Source: Candidatus Saccharimonadota bacterium (GTDB lineage Bacteria; Patescibacteriota; Saccharimonadia; Saccharimonadales; Saccharimonadaceae). From it: a stretch of 32,000 nucleotides of DNA. The first letter of the stretch is position 1, and every line of letters begins with the position of its first letter. The notes below the pieces were generated by a model, which was not told the DNA's origin, did not search any database, and saw nothing but the letters and a program-made list of their open reading frames with translations. The stretch covers positions 450,001 to 482,000 of the forward strand of contig MKSO01000001.1 of NCBI GenBank assembly GCA_001897305.1. Reading direction: 5' to 3'. Positions 10,668-27,901 of the stretch are shown here, piece by piece. A program made the position numbers and the translations under genes.

Positions 10668-13600
10668 TTAAAACCTAAACAATTGTAGCATTAGGTTAAG
10701 GACGGTATCAAATACGTTGAGCTGTTTATCGGGGGTTACAACCGTAGTTACACTCCCCTTGGCCGTGTTGCCGTCAAGGTCTCGTGAAATTACTTGAATT
10801 TTGTATATATCAGCAAGGTTAAGACCCGACAGAACAACAACATGATTAGTTGTTGGCTCAGTATCAAGCGGCGTCGTTTTTGACAGTACCTTGTCGTTCA
10901 TACCACCATAGGCAATTTGAGATGTCGCCGGCTCATCTGTTTTCCAGGTTACTATGAGCTGGGCTTGTTTACCCTTCCCTGTGTCTGTTGTTGTGACGGT
11001 GTAATTTATCTCGGAGAGTTCGGGCGGACGCGTATCTACTTGCGAGGTCCAACGCTGCGCCGATGACGATGCCTGGTTGCCATACTGGTCACGACCCTCA
11101 AAAGTAAATTGATATTCGGTGTTACTTGCAAGGTCATGCAGCTCGATACTGTGCTGGGTAACGAGTTCGCTTAGCGATGATTCAAGACTCTTGCCAAGCG
11201 CTTGATAGCGAACTGTAGAGCTGGTTGGCACATTAGTTAACCAACTCACCCTCACCCCGGCGTTCGTTTCATTGTCGAGTGGCTGAAAGCGGATATCACT
11301 AATGATAGGACGAGCAATGGTAGTAAAGGTGTAATCGTCACTACTTAAAGTACTTCCAAAAGCAGTCGTAGAATTAATCTTGAAGTGATACAACGTACCC
11401 GAACTAAGGCTTGTTAATTTAGTGGTGTGCATGGTCGTGTAGCTACCTGCCTCATCATCAAGCGCGAGACCATAGCTTGTGTTTGCGCCATATTGAATAC
11501 GTGCATGGGTTGGTACTGTGGTTGACCACGATACAACTGCGCTATCAGCAGTGATATCTGACACTTTTACGTCCGCCAGCTGGGCGGCGGCTGTTGTTCG
11601 GAAGGTTGCTATGTCCGAGTAGGCGTCTGTAAGGTTGTAACTGCGATCGTTATCGAAACTTTGAATGCGGTAGTAGTACGTACGCGACGGCGACAGCCCA
11701 GTGATTGTTATCGAGTGATCCGTCACGAGCTCGAGTGAACCCTTACTTTGTGACAAATCCGTTGGAGTCGTACCGTAGTAAACGAAGGTAGTTGAACCAC
11801 GGTTAGTTGCCCAAGTAATCTTTGCCTGGTCAAAGCCAACTGTCACCTGTGGTTCAACGACGACACTTGGTGGTGTATTAAATGTTCCTTTAGCACTTTG
11901 AATAACGATACCAGAGAAACCACTCATATTTTCAACACTGTCTTCAGCCGCAACCCGATAGTAATACTGTGTATCAAGCTGTACATCGAGGTCGACAAAT
12001 GCTCTCGTGCTCGTATTTCCAATGGTTGTAAAGGCATGTCCATCAAGTGAGCGCTGGACAACATAATCCTTAATACCATTACCTTCAAAGGTCGGCTTGT
12101 CCCACGTCAACGTGATTGTCCATCGGCTGGTATTGCGGTCAGAAGTATCGGAAGCGGTAACATTTAGTGGTATACCCGGCGATACGGTATTAGCGATAAA
12201 GTTCGCCGAAGCGAAACTATTCCAGTTGGCGTTGCCAGCCTCATCCTTGGCCACCATATATATAATATTCGTACCCTTTTGAGTTGCGGCTTTAAAAGCT
12301 GATATAAACCGGTCAGAAGTACAGGTCGTATTTTGCGGCGAAGGAAGGATATTTATGCTATAGCAGTAGGTCATTTGATCCGGGTCACCTGAATAGACTA
12401 TTGGAAGGTCCCAAGTAAAGGCAAACAAGTTACTTGTAGAAGTAGGCGGTACAGCACGCAGGTTTGTTACAGGGCCAGGCGGATCGGTTGTAAAGTAGTA
12501 CGAAGCGCTCGTGTAACTAGGAGCATAGTTGCCAGCCTTGTCATAGGCGCGGACATAGAAGACGTTTGTACCATTTTGATAGGCGGCCGATATATTCTCT
12601 AACTTCGTGCCATCCTGACATGTCTCGACCGCAAACGGACCGTCTGGCGCCCCTGTGTAATAACAGTATCCGGCGACATCAGAGTCGGCGTCGTATGCAT
12701 TAGGCCATTCAAACGTGTAGTTATTACGAGTAGTAAAACCTGAAGGCGTAACCGTCACGAGACTTGGATTAGTTGGTGGAACGTTATCGAATTTATATAT
12801 AAAGGGACTAAATATAGCACTATCGACATTTCCCGTCGTATCCTGTGCTTGTATGCGAATATAATACGTACCTGACAGCGTCAAATTAGGAGTATATTCA
12901 CTTGTCGGCACAAATACTCCAGCCGTGCGCGGCGTGGCTGTTGGGTCGGTGCCTGCATAGACCCAATACCCAGCGACGTTCGAGCCTAGCGGACCATCAG
13001 TCGCCCCGCCGGCTTCACCTGGTTCAGGCCAGTCAAAATAGGGTTGAGCTTTGTTGTACCAAGTGTTATTTAAGAGAGGTGTCGCTTTGGTATTATCGGT
13101 ATACGCGTCAAAAGTGGTTGGGTTGGTCGGTGGGTCAACATCGTAATAATAATTTAAGCTGTAGTCATTAACAGTCGGAGTTGAGATATTATCGTACGAT
13201 ATCAACACGGCTTTAATTTGCGTGAAGCGTTGCGGCGTCGAATTCACCTTCCCAGAGATACTATTCGTATAGGTCTTAACTTCCGATAATGGTTTCCAGT
13301 CTTCCCAGTTCGTTTCATCAGATGACGAGCGCGTCCAGAATTCTACAGCTGTATTTTGAGGAATCGAAACATTGGCAGTGACGTTGGCATAATCAAACAG
13401 TCCAGCAGTCGTAAATGTCGTCGATATGTGCGTACCCTGACCACTAAAGGCGGACGATGCGGACGGGAAGTTAAACTGCCAGACATCAGGCGTATTCAAA
13501 CCAGCAAAAGCAATTGAGTAATTAGGGTCAACGTCTAATACACGAGCACCGTAGTTGAATTGCTCGGGTGTCGTTACCCCAGCCGACCAAGTATTACTTG

Positions 13601-16600
13601 CGATATCATATATATAACTTGTCTTAGTAACATTGCCGAGTGTGGCATAAATCTTTCCATTTCTCGCAATGAGCGTAGAGCCATAGGAAGTGTTTGCAGG
13701 TAGATTAGTAAGGGTTGTCCAGTTATTCGAGTCAACGTTATAGCGATAGAAGGCGTTTCCCCCATTACCGGCAATCACGTATATATTTCGCTCGGAACTA
13801 TTAAAGTACATCGAACCGTTTTGAATTGTGCCCGGTGCATTAGCCAACGTCGTCCAAGTACCGCCGGTTGTATTTGGTGTGTAGCGGTACAATACTCTAC
13901 TATTACCAGCAAATGCATAAATATTGGAATCAACCGTTACTAGTGATGATGGCCCAGGGCGATAGGCGTTGCCGGGTACATTATTCATCATCACCCAACT
14001 ACTATTACTAAAGTTATACTCGTACAGCACACTCGTACTTTTCGCGGGCAGATAGAATAGCCTGCCACTAACGTAGCCTAGCGAACCGCCAATACCCGTA
14101 GTGGGCGGTGACGTAAGATATAACGTCTCTCCTGTTTTATAATCGTATTTCACAAAGCGTGAAGTGCTATTTGTACCTTCCGATGCCATAAGCGCGTAGA
14201 GATATTTCGAACCGTCATATGTAGCCGTTGTTGCATTACCTGCGATCCACTGATAAGCATTGACCTGAGAATCATAAGGTACTCTATCAAGACTATCGAT
14301 CCCTAGCGTAGACGGACTAAATGTTTTCGTCCATGTGTCATAACGAACCATTTTTCGAGAATTCGTTCCGTTACCACCAGGTAGTATATAAATATAACGC
14401 TGCGAGTCTGAAGTTATCGAACCGTTGTATGTTTGTACGGGCACTCCCCGTACTTCGCTCCAGCTGTCTTTAGCAATGTCATAACGAAAGGCGCGCTGAT
14501 TAGCACTAAGGTTATCTACTGTATTGCCAGTAAATATATACAACCCCCCGTTGCCATCACTAACAAGGTTGTTCTGTACAGAAACAGCAGAAATTGGTGC
14601 AGTAGCGAGTGTCTTCCATGTGTCTGTAGATATACTGTACATCGCCATGGTGGGGCGAGAGCGTCCAGTGTTGTACCATATCCATGATCCTAAATAAGCA
14701 TAAATCGTATCATTGCCATCATACCAAGTACCCGACCCGCTTGCCGTAATGGTAGTTGGATAGGCACTTAGTGGAGAAAAAACTCCAGAGCTAATACTGT
14801 ACATGTAAAATTCTCGCACGCCGGTAAGAAAGACCGATATCCTATCGTTGCCAAGATATATAATATCGGTTCCAGCTTGGGCATTAGAAGGTAACGCTGG
14901 CAATGCAGTCCAGGTATCGTTTGTAATACTATATTTATAAAAGCCAGTAGTACTACCGCCCGTAACGAGATAGAGAGTATCGTTGCCATCGTAGGTCAAG
15001 CTACTACCCGTGCTAACGGTGGCTGGTACAGAGTTGAGTGTCGTCCAAGTAGTTGTTACCGTATTGTATCGCCAGAACGTATTTGTTGAAGATCCTCGCG
15101 CAACGTAAATTGAATCTCCCACTATTTTCATCGCACCGCCTCTAGTGTCTTCGGGTGGCATCGATACGGGTCCAGTAGACCATACTCCACCGCTAGCATT
15201 TGGCAATGACATTGAACCATTATTCAAAGAAATGCCGCTGTTCAGCCCTTGGCTGAAGTCTTCTTGAGATGTCCGTATTTGTGATCCCGGTGGTGAAATG
15301 TAGAAGTAACGGTAGCTATAGAACGTTGCCGGTGCACTCACATTACCCAGTTGGTCAACAGATTTAATACGAACATAGTATACGTCGCCGGCAACCATTG
15401 GTGCCGTTACAGTGTAATCAGTAGATGTCTGGTAGCTTCCGTCAGTAGCTGGGTCGGCGGAAGAGTTTGTGCCATAGTAGACAAAATACCCCTTAACACC
15501 AGAGCCGTTAGCGCCATCATTAGCCCCACCCCAAGTAAAGTATGGATGCTGATATTGGGAAGTTTGACCAGAAGTAAGTTGAGTACCACCATCTTTTTTA
15601 CTATAAGCCGTAAACTGCGAAGGCAAGCTCGGTGGCGTTTCTTCTTGGGTATAATTTAAGGTAATGTTTGAAACCGTAGGCGTTGCACTGCCATTACCCG
15701 ATAGGGCAACCTTTATTTGAATGTATCGATTTACCTGCGATTGAATAGTTTGTCCAGAAACGGTCTGCCAATCATCCCAAATTACACCATCTTTTGAAGT
15801 ACGTGTCGAAATAGTTGTCGTACCAGACCCGGCTATAGTTGTTTGTAGGCCTCCCCATGTTGCAACTTGCGTAAGGTCGTACGTCTTAGAGGTCCACGTG
15901 CCTGAGCTTACATAATTATTGCCATTAGGGCTCCAACTCCACAGGTTACTCATAAGCTGCCCACCCGACACATATAACTTATTTGCCGAGGTGCTATAAA
16001 AACCTGCCGTGTATGGGTATGCCGAACGTGGCAAATCGGCAATGCGAACCCACGTTCCATTTGTCGTATCATAACGGAAGACCATCTTAGCTCGTATAGG
16101 CGTGCGGTCACTGACCCCGACGTATACATACCTCGATCCGTCAGACGTCATAAAGCCACCGTGATCAATCGAACCGGCCGGGATATTTTGAATAGCCGTC
16201 CATACATTCGTATCCATATTGTATTGGTACATAAAACCAGACTGTCCACCAACTAACACGTATATAGTACGGTTAATACGTGTCATGTCTCCACCGCTAT
16301 TGACTCCCTGTGGCACCGACGCGCGTGACGACCAAGTATCTGACGATACATTATATCGATAGAAGTTAGTTCTTGCTCCACCAACGGTTAAATAGAGATA
16401 CCCGTCACCTCCATCTATAATGGCTGCGCCCGCCGACGTCGTAGTAGGCAAACTAGACAATGGAATAAAATTATTAGTTGAAAGATCATAGCGCTGAAAG
16501 TCTGTTGTCGTACTGTAATATGGCAAGAAATAAGGTGAGCCGTTATAATATACGCCCGAAACGCCGCTACGAGTGTTGATCTGACTTCCTATACGAGTAG

Positions 16601-17948
16601 CAGTGTTGGTAGAAAGATCGTACTTGTATACACGATCTGTTGAAGTACTGTCTATACCGCCAGTGTAATAAAGTGACTGCGCCCCATCATACACAGGAAT
16701 TTGGTGACTTTCTCCAGCGTCTGTCGTGCCGGGCAAGAGCGCATTAGTATTCCAGCTATTAGATATAACATCGTAGCGCTGTGGTTGCATTCGGATCTCG
16801 TTAGTAAATACTGTATATAAATAACGGTTACCGTCGGCGGCAAGTGGTGGTGGAAAGTCGTACTCGCTCGCTCCAGACGCTTGCGCATTAAGGGCTGTCC
16901 ATACAGTAGTGGAAGGGTTGTAACTAAGGAGTGAGTAAACATTCGAGCTATAATTAAGCCGCATCGCATATAACACTCCATTCATATACACCATAGACTG
17001 CGCGACGTTACCATACCCCGATTGGTTTGCTAGTGATGACCAGGTATTAGAGATGAGGTCGTACTTTTTAAATTCACCAGAGCCATTCACCATAGCGTAA
17101 ATAGTGTTCGCACCATCCCAAGCCATATTAATACCACCCGACACCGAGCCTGTTGTCGGATACGAATTCAAACTAGTCCAGGAATCATCGTTAACAGAAT
17201 AGCGCCAAAAAGACGGCGAGCTTTGACCGCGGAAAATATAAACGTACTTCCTATTACCCTGAACTACCGTGGCGCCATCGCTTGTATCACCTATTGTCGA
17301 AGGGAAGCGAGCCAGTTCAGACCACGCATCCGAAGGTATATCGTATCTAAAGAACCGGTTAGACGGTGCCGCAGATGGACCACCTGGAGCATAGTAAAGG
17401 CCATTTGTACCATCAAACTCAAGTATTGAACCAGCGCCACAAAAAATAGGTGGCGTCGAAAGCCGTACCCAGGCCTGCTGCTCGATATCGAATCTATTGA
17501 GGTAACAATTCCCATCAAAAGAAGAAAGCATGTAAAGCGTATTATTCGGCCCGTAAGCAAAGCGAATTTGAGCATACGTCATAGTTGGTGAAGTTTGCAT
17601 ACCATTCACCGCCGATGTATCCCAACTTCCAGCCGAGCCATCCTGCAGACGCATTGAACTACCATCAGCACTAATATTTATTCCACCATAATCAGTCGTG
17701 CCGCTGCGAATATCAGTGCTACCAAGTGAAAGTGTCTTAGGGGCAGCTTGTGAGGGCAGCGCTCCCCATACCACAAGTCCAGCACTAACAACTACAATAC
17801 CAACAATAGCAGCATGACGGCCCCACACTGGGGTCTTATGCCAGGTACGATGCGCACGCTTACCAACCGGCGTAGATAGAACACGAAACCAGGCTTTTTG
17901 AAGCCTGATCTTCCATAGTATCCATCGTGTGCTAGTACCCTTTTTCAT
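10668..17948 (-). CDS. Giant (2426 aa) secreted/surface protein: signal anchor, 2 x [12 Kelch-like blades + beta-sandwich + FN3-like], then 7 FN3-type domains
   Basis: AGGA SD is present. The N-region is basic and Trp-rich, followed by a hydrophobic core AAIVGIVVVSAGLVVWGAL and PSQA/AP. About 24 repeats of the f.rYd...n.W..l...P (Kelch-like) motif are present. FN3 motifs include TITLTWDKPTFEGNGIKDYVVQRS...YYYRVAAED and KITWATNRGSTTFVYYG...YYYRIQSFD. Confidence 0.85.
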   Translation of the reverse strand: MKKGTSTRWILWKIRLQKAWFRVLSTPVGKRAHRTWHKTPVWGRHAAIVGIVVVSAGLVVWGALPSQAAPKTLSLGSTDIRSGTTDYGGINISADGSSMRLQDGSAGSWDTSAVNGMQTSPTMTYAQIRFAYGPNNTLYMLSSFDGNCYLNRFDIEQQAWVRLSTPPIFCGAGSILEFDGTNGLYYAPGGPSAAPSNRFFRYDIPSDAWSELARFPSTIGDTSDGATVVQGNRKYVYIFRGQSSPSFWRYSVNDDSWTSLNSYPTTGSVSGGINMAWDGANTIYAMVNGSGEFKKYDLISNTWSSLANQSGYGNVAQSMVYMNGVLYAMRLNYSSNVYSLLSYNPSTTVWTALNAQASGASEYDFPPPLAADGNRYLYTVFTNEIRMQPQRYDVISNSWNTNALLPGTTDAGESHQIPVYDGAQSLYYTGGIDSTSTDRVYKYDLSTNTATRIGSQINTRSGVSGVYYNGSPYFLPYYSTTTDFQRYDLSTNNFIPLSSLPTTTSAGAAIIDGGDGYLYLTVGGARTNFYRYNVSSDTWSSRASVPQGVNSGGDMTRINRTIYVLVGGQSGFMYQYNMDTNVWTAIQNIPAGSIDHGGFMTSDGSRYVYVGVSDRTPIRAKMVFRYDTTNGTWVRIADLPRSAYPYTAGFYSTSANKLYVSGGQLMSNLWSWSPNGNNYVSSGTWTSKTYDLTQVATWGGLQTTIAGSGTTTISTRTSKDGVIWDDWQTVSGQTIQSQVNRYIQIKVALSGNGSATPTVSNITLNYTQEETPPSLPSQFTAYSKKDGGTQLTSGQTSQYQHPYFTWGGANDGANGSGVKGYFVYYGTNSSADPATDGSYQTSTDYTVTAPMVAGDVYYVRIKSVDQLGNVSAPATFYSYRYFYISPPGSQIRTSQEDFSQGLNSGISLNNGSMSLPNASGGVWSTGPVSMPPEDTRGGAMKIVGDSIYVARGSSTNTFWRYNTVTTTWTTLNSVPATVSTGSSLTYDGNDTLYLVTGGSTTGFYKYSITNDTWTALPALPSNAQAGTDIIYLGNDRISVFLTGVREFYMYSISSGVFSPLSAYPTTITASGSGTWYDGNDTIYAYLGSWIWYNTGRSRPTMAMYSISTDTWKTLATAPISAVSVQNNLVSDGNGGLYIFTGNTVDNLSANQRAFRYDIAKDSWSEVRGVPVQTYNGSITSDSQRYIYILPGGNGTNSRKMVRYDTWTKTFSPSTLGIDSLDRVPYDSQVNAYQWIAGNATTATYDGSKYLYALMASEGTNSTSRFVKYDYKTGETLYLTSPPTTGIGGSLGYVSGRLFYLPAKSTSVLYEYNFSNSSWVMMNNVPGNAYRPGPSSLVTVDSNIYAFAGNSRVLYRYTPNTTGGTWTTLANAPGTIQNGSMYFNSSERNIYVIAGNGGNAFYRYNVDSNNWTTLTNLPANTSYGSTLIARNGKIYATLGNVTKTSYIYDIASNTWSAGVTTPEQFNYGARVLDVDPNYSIAFAGLNTPDVWQFNFPSASSAFSGQGTHISTTFTTAGLFDYANVTANVSIPQNTAVEFWTRSSSDETNWEDWKPLSEVKTYTNSISGKVNSTPQRFTQIKAVLISYDNISTPTVNDYSLNYYYDVDPPTNPTTFDAYTDNTKATPLLNNTWYNKAQPYFDWPEPGEAGGATDGPLGSNVAGYWVYAGTDPTATPRTAGVFVPTSEYTPNLTLSGTYYIRIQAQDTTGNVDSAIFSPFIYKFDNVPPTNPSLVTVTPSGFTTRNNYTFEWPNAYDADSDVAGYCYYTGAPDGPFAVETCQDGTKLENISAAYQNGTNVFYVRAYDKAGNYAPSYTSASYYFTTDPPGPVTNLRAVPPTSTSNLFAFTWDLPIVYSGDPDQMTYCYSINILPSPQNTTCTSDRFISAFKAATQKGTNIIYMVAKDEAGNANWNSFASANFIANTVSPGIPLNVTASDTSDRNTSRWTITLTWDKPTFEGNGIKDYVVQRSLDGHAFTTIGNTSTRAFVDLDVQLDTQYYYRVAAEDSVENMSGFSGIVIQSAKGTFNTPPSVVVEPQVTVGFDQAKITWATNRGSTTFVYYGTTPTDLSQSKGSLELVTDHSITITGLSPSRTYYYRIQSFDNDRSYNLTDAYSDIATFRTTAAAQLADVKVSDITADSAVVSWSTTVPTHARIQYGANTSYGLALDDEAGSYTTMHTTKLTSLSSGTLYHFKINSTTAFGSTLSSDDYTFTTIARPIISDIRFQPLDNETNAGVRVSWLTNVPTSSTVRYQALGKSLESSLSELVTQHSIELHDLASNTEYQFTFEGRDQYGNQASSSAQRWTSQVDTRPPELSEINYTVTTTDTGKGKQAQLIVTWKTDEPATSQIAYGGMNDKVLSKTTPLDTEPTTNHVVVLSGLNLADIYKIQVISRDLDGNTAKGSVTTVVTPDKQLNVFDTVLNLMLQLFRF
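10730..12786 (-). repeat. Array of ~7 tandem FN3-type domains (coding repeats) at the C-terminus of the 2426-aa protein
   Basis: Seven ~95-aa units each begin with a Pro-rich linker (NVPPTNPS, PPGPVTNL, VSPGIPLN, TPPSVVV, AQLADVKV, RPIISDIRF, RPPELSEI). Each ends in a Y-x-[FYV]-x-[IV] core such as YYYRI, YHFKI, YQFTF or YKIQV. Boundaries are approximate. Confidence 0.7.
13455..15175 (-). repeat. Second block of ~12 Kelch-like beta-propeller blades (coding repeats)
   Basis: Recurring motif about every 48 aa: FWRYNTVTTTWTTLNSVP, FYKYSITNDTWTALPALP, AFRYDIAKDSWSEVRGVP, FYRYNVDSNNWTTLTNLP, SYIYDIASNTWSAGVTTP and others. Boundaries are approximate. Confidence 0.7.
15908..17576 (-). repeat. First block of ~12 Kelch-like beta-propeller blades (coding repeats)
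   Basis: Recurring motif: LNRFDIEQQAWVRLSTPP, FFRYDIPSDAWSELARFP, FWRYSVNDDSWTSLNSYP, FKKYDLISNTWSSLANQS, FYRYNVSSDTWSSRASVP, VFRYDTTNGTWVRIADLP and others. Boundaries are approximate. Confidence 0.7.
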
Positions 17949-17955
17949 CTATTTC

Positions 17956-26405
<8,450 letters not shown>

Positions 26406-26453
26406 GGCATCCTCCTGATAACTAATTTATACCCCCACAAAATGGTTGTCTTT

Positions 26454-26462
26454 ATGATACCA
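26454..26462 (-). promoter_or_regulatory. Extended -10 element TGGTATCAT: candidate promoter of the TPR/giant-protein/ABC/atp gene train
   Basis: The minus strand reads aatgtacaTGGTATCATaaag (TGnTATcAT, 5/6 match to the -10 consensus), ~50 nt upstream of the GTG start. A second -10-like TATAAA lies ~25 nt upstream of the start. It abuts the palindrome ATGTACAT (26462-26469). Confidence 0.35.
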
Positions 26463-26503
26463 TGTACATTCCGCTTTCGCTATACGAAAACTACTTTAAA
26501 TGC

Positions 26504-26531
26504 TTGAAGTTCATCACTCCTTCTATATACT
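26504..26531 (+). promoter_or_regulatory. Candidate sigma70-type promoter TTGAAG-16 nt-TATACT for the glycosylation operon, 7 nt upstream of ATG 26539
   Basis: TTGAAG (26504-26509), a 16-nt spacer, TATACT (26526-26531), then tatagcc and ATG. There is no SD, so a leaderless transcript starting at or near 26539 is predicted. Confidence 0.4.
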
Positions 26532-26538
26532 TATAGCC

Positions 26539-27507
26539 ATGACCACTCGTCCTATTCTATCTGTTGTTGTGCCTGTATATAACGAAGGTTCTGGCATACA
26601 AACCTTCCACGCTAACTTAATAAAAGAACTTAAGCCTCTTGTTGGTGATAACTACGAGGTAGTGTACTGCAACGATGGAAGTAGCGACGATACCCTCGAT
26701 AAACTTTCTCTCATAGCCCAGAAAAATAAAAAATGTATTGTTATTGCTTTATCGCGTAACTACGGAAAAGAATTGGCCCTAGCCGCTGGCATTGCTGAGG
26801 CAAAAGGCGAAGCAGTAGTACTTATTGACGGTGATGGTCAACACCCGATCTCGGCGCTGCCTACATTTTATAAAGCTTGGCAAGATGGTGGACAGGTTAT
26901 TGTTGGACGGCGTAGCCTTAAGGACACCGAATCTGCTACTAAAAAACTCACATCTAAGCTATTCTATGCGTCGTACAACATTCTTACCGGCAACAAGCTC
27001 GATCGTTCCGCCACAGACTATCGACTACTAGACCGAGAAGTTGTTGATGCATATCTTCATTTTTCCGAAAGTGACCGCTTAAACAGGTTTTTAATAGATT
27101 GGTTAGGTTTTGATCGTCGATCTGTCCCCATAACTCGCGATACTCGCATTGCTGGTGATACAAAGTTTACCTTCACAGCATTAGCAAGGCTCGCTTTAAA
27201 TACACTTGTATCATCCTCCTCTCGTCCGTTGCACTTATTCCTAGCGCTAGGAGCCTGCATCGCTTTAGGTTCATTTATACTGGGTATAAGCGTAGGGGTT
27301 GAACAAGTTCTTCTTGGCGATCCTCTTGGCTGGAATTTTACCGGCACCGCCCTTCTTGGTATATTATTGTTATTTTTGGTTGGAATTTTGCTAATTGCAC
27401 AGGGCGTCAATTCATTGTACGTCGCCGCAACGTATCGTGAGGCGAAGCAACGACCCCTGTACGTTATAAATAAGCGCTACTCATCTAACTTACATGAAGA
27501 AAAATAG
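26539..27507 (+). CDS. GT2 family polyprenyl-phosphate glycosyltransferase (GtrB/ArnC/DPM1-like)
   Basis: MTTRPILSVVVPVYNEGSGI, CNDGSSDDT and LIDGDGQHP (DxD-type) motifs, with two C-terminal TM helices. The ORF track starts at 26500, but family-typical N-termini and the promoter geometry favour ATG 26539. Confidence 0.88.
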   Translation: MTTRPILSVVVPVYNEGSGIQTFHANLIKELKPLVGDNYEVVYCNDGSSDDTLDKLSLIAQKNKKCIVIALSRNYGKELALAAGIAEAKGEAVVLIDGDGQHPISALPTFYKAWQDGGQVIVGRRSLKDTESATKKLTSKLFYASYNILTGNKLDRSATDYRLLDREVVDAYLHFSESDRLNRFLIDWLGFDRRSVPITRDTRIAGDTKFTFTALARLALNTLVSSSSRPLHLFLALGACIALGSFILGISVGVEQVLLGDPLGWNFTGTALLGILLLFLVGILLIAQGVNSLYVAATYREAKQRPLYVINKRYSSNLHEEK

Positions 27508-27901
27508 ACGCAGTATTGTTCGCTACGTCGCAATTGGTAGTTTCGGCTTTGCTGTCGAGTTTGCGGTTATTCTTGTAGCAGAAACACTCGGAGCGCCTGG
27601 GACTATAGCAGTAGCAATTAGTTTTGTTATAGGCTTTATTATGACTTTTCTGTTGCAGAAAATTATCACCTTTCAAAACAAATCTTTTAAGCAGAAACTT
27701 TTTCTTTGGCAAATTATTGCCTATAGCTTGTTGGTTGGATGGAATTTCATATTCACTATCGTCGTCACTGCACTTTTGGAATCATTCTTACCCGTCGTGC
27801 TCATTAGGGCCATCGCGCTTGCGATAACCGTACTGTGGAATTACTATATATACAAGAATTGGATCTTCAAGAAACACACAGATGAAATTCCTCAAATTTA
27901 A
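27494..27901 (+). CDS. GtrA-family small polytopic membrane protein (putative lipid-linked sugar flippase)
   Basis: 135 aa with 4 predicted TM helices. The N-terminus RYVAIGSFGFAVEFAVILV and C-terminal NYYIYKNWIFK are typical of GtrA-like proteins. It overlaps both neighbours (14 and 20 nt). Confidence 0.8.
   Translation: MKKNRRSIVRYVAIGSFGFAVEFAVILVAETLGAPGTIAVAISFVIGFIMTFLLQKIITFQNKSFKQKLFLWQIIAYSLLVGWNFIFTIVVTALLESFLPVVLIRAIALAITVLWNYYIYKNWIFKKHTDEIPQI

Noticed and set aside
26500-26538. ATG at 26500 as the start of the GT2 gene (ORF-track start)
   Set aside because: It would add 13 residues (MLEVHHSFYILIA) ahead of the family-typical N-terminus MTTRPILSVVVPVYNE. The TTGAAG-16-TATACT promoter would then lie inside the coding sequence. 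ATG 26539 is preferred, but the longer form cannot be excluded.
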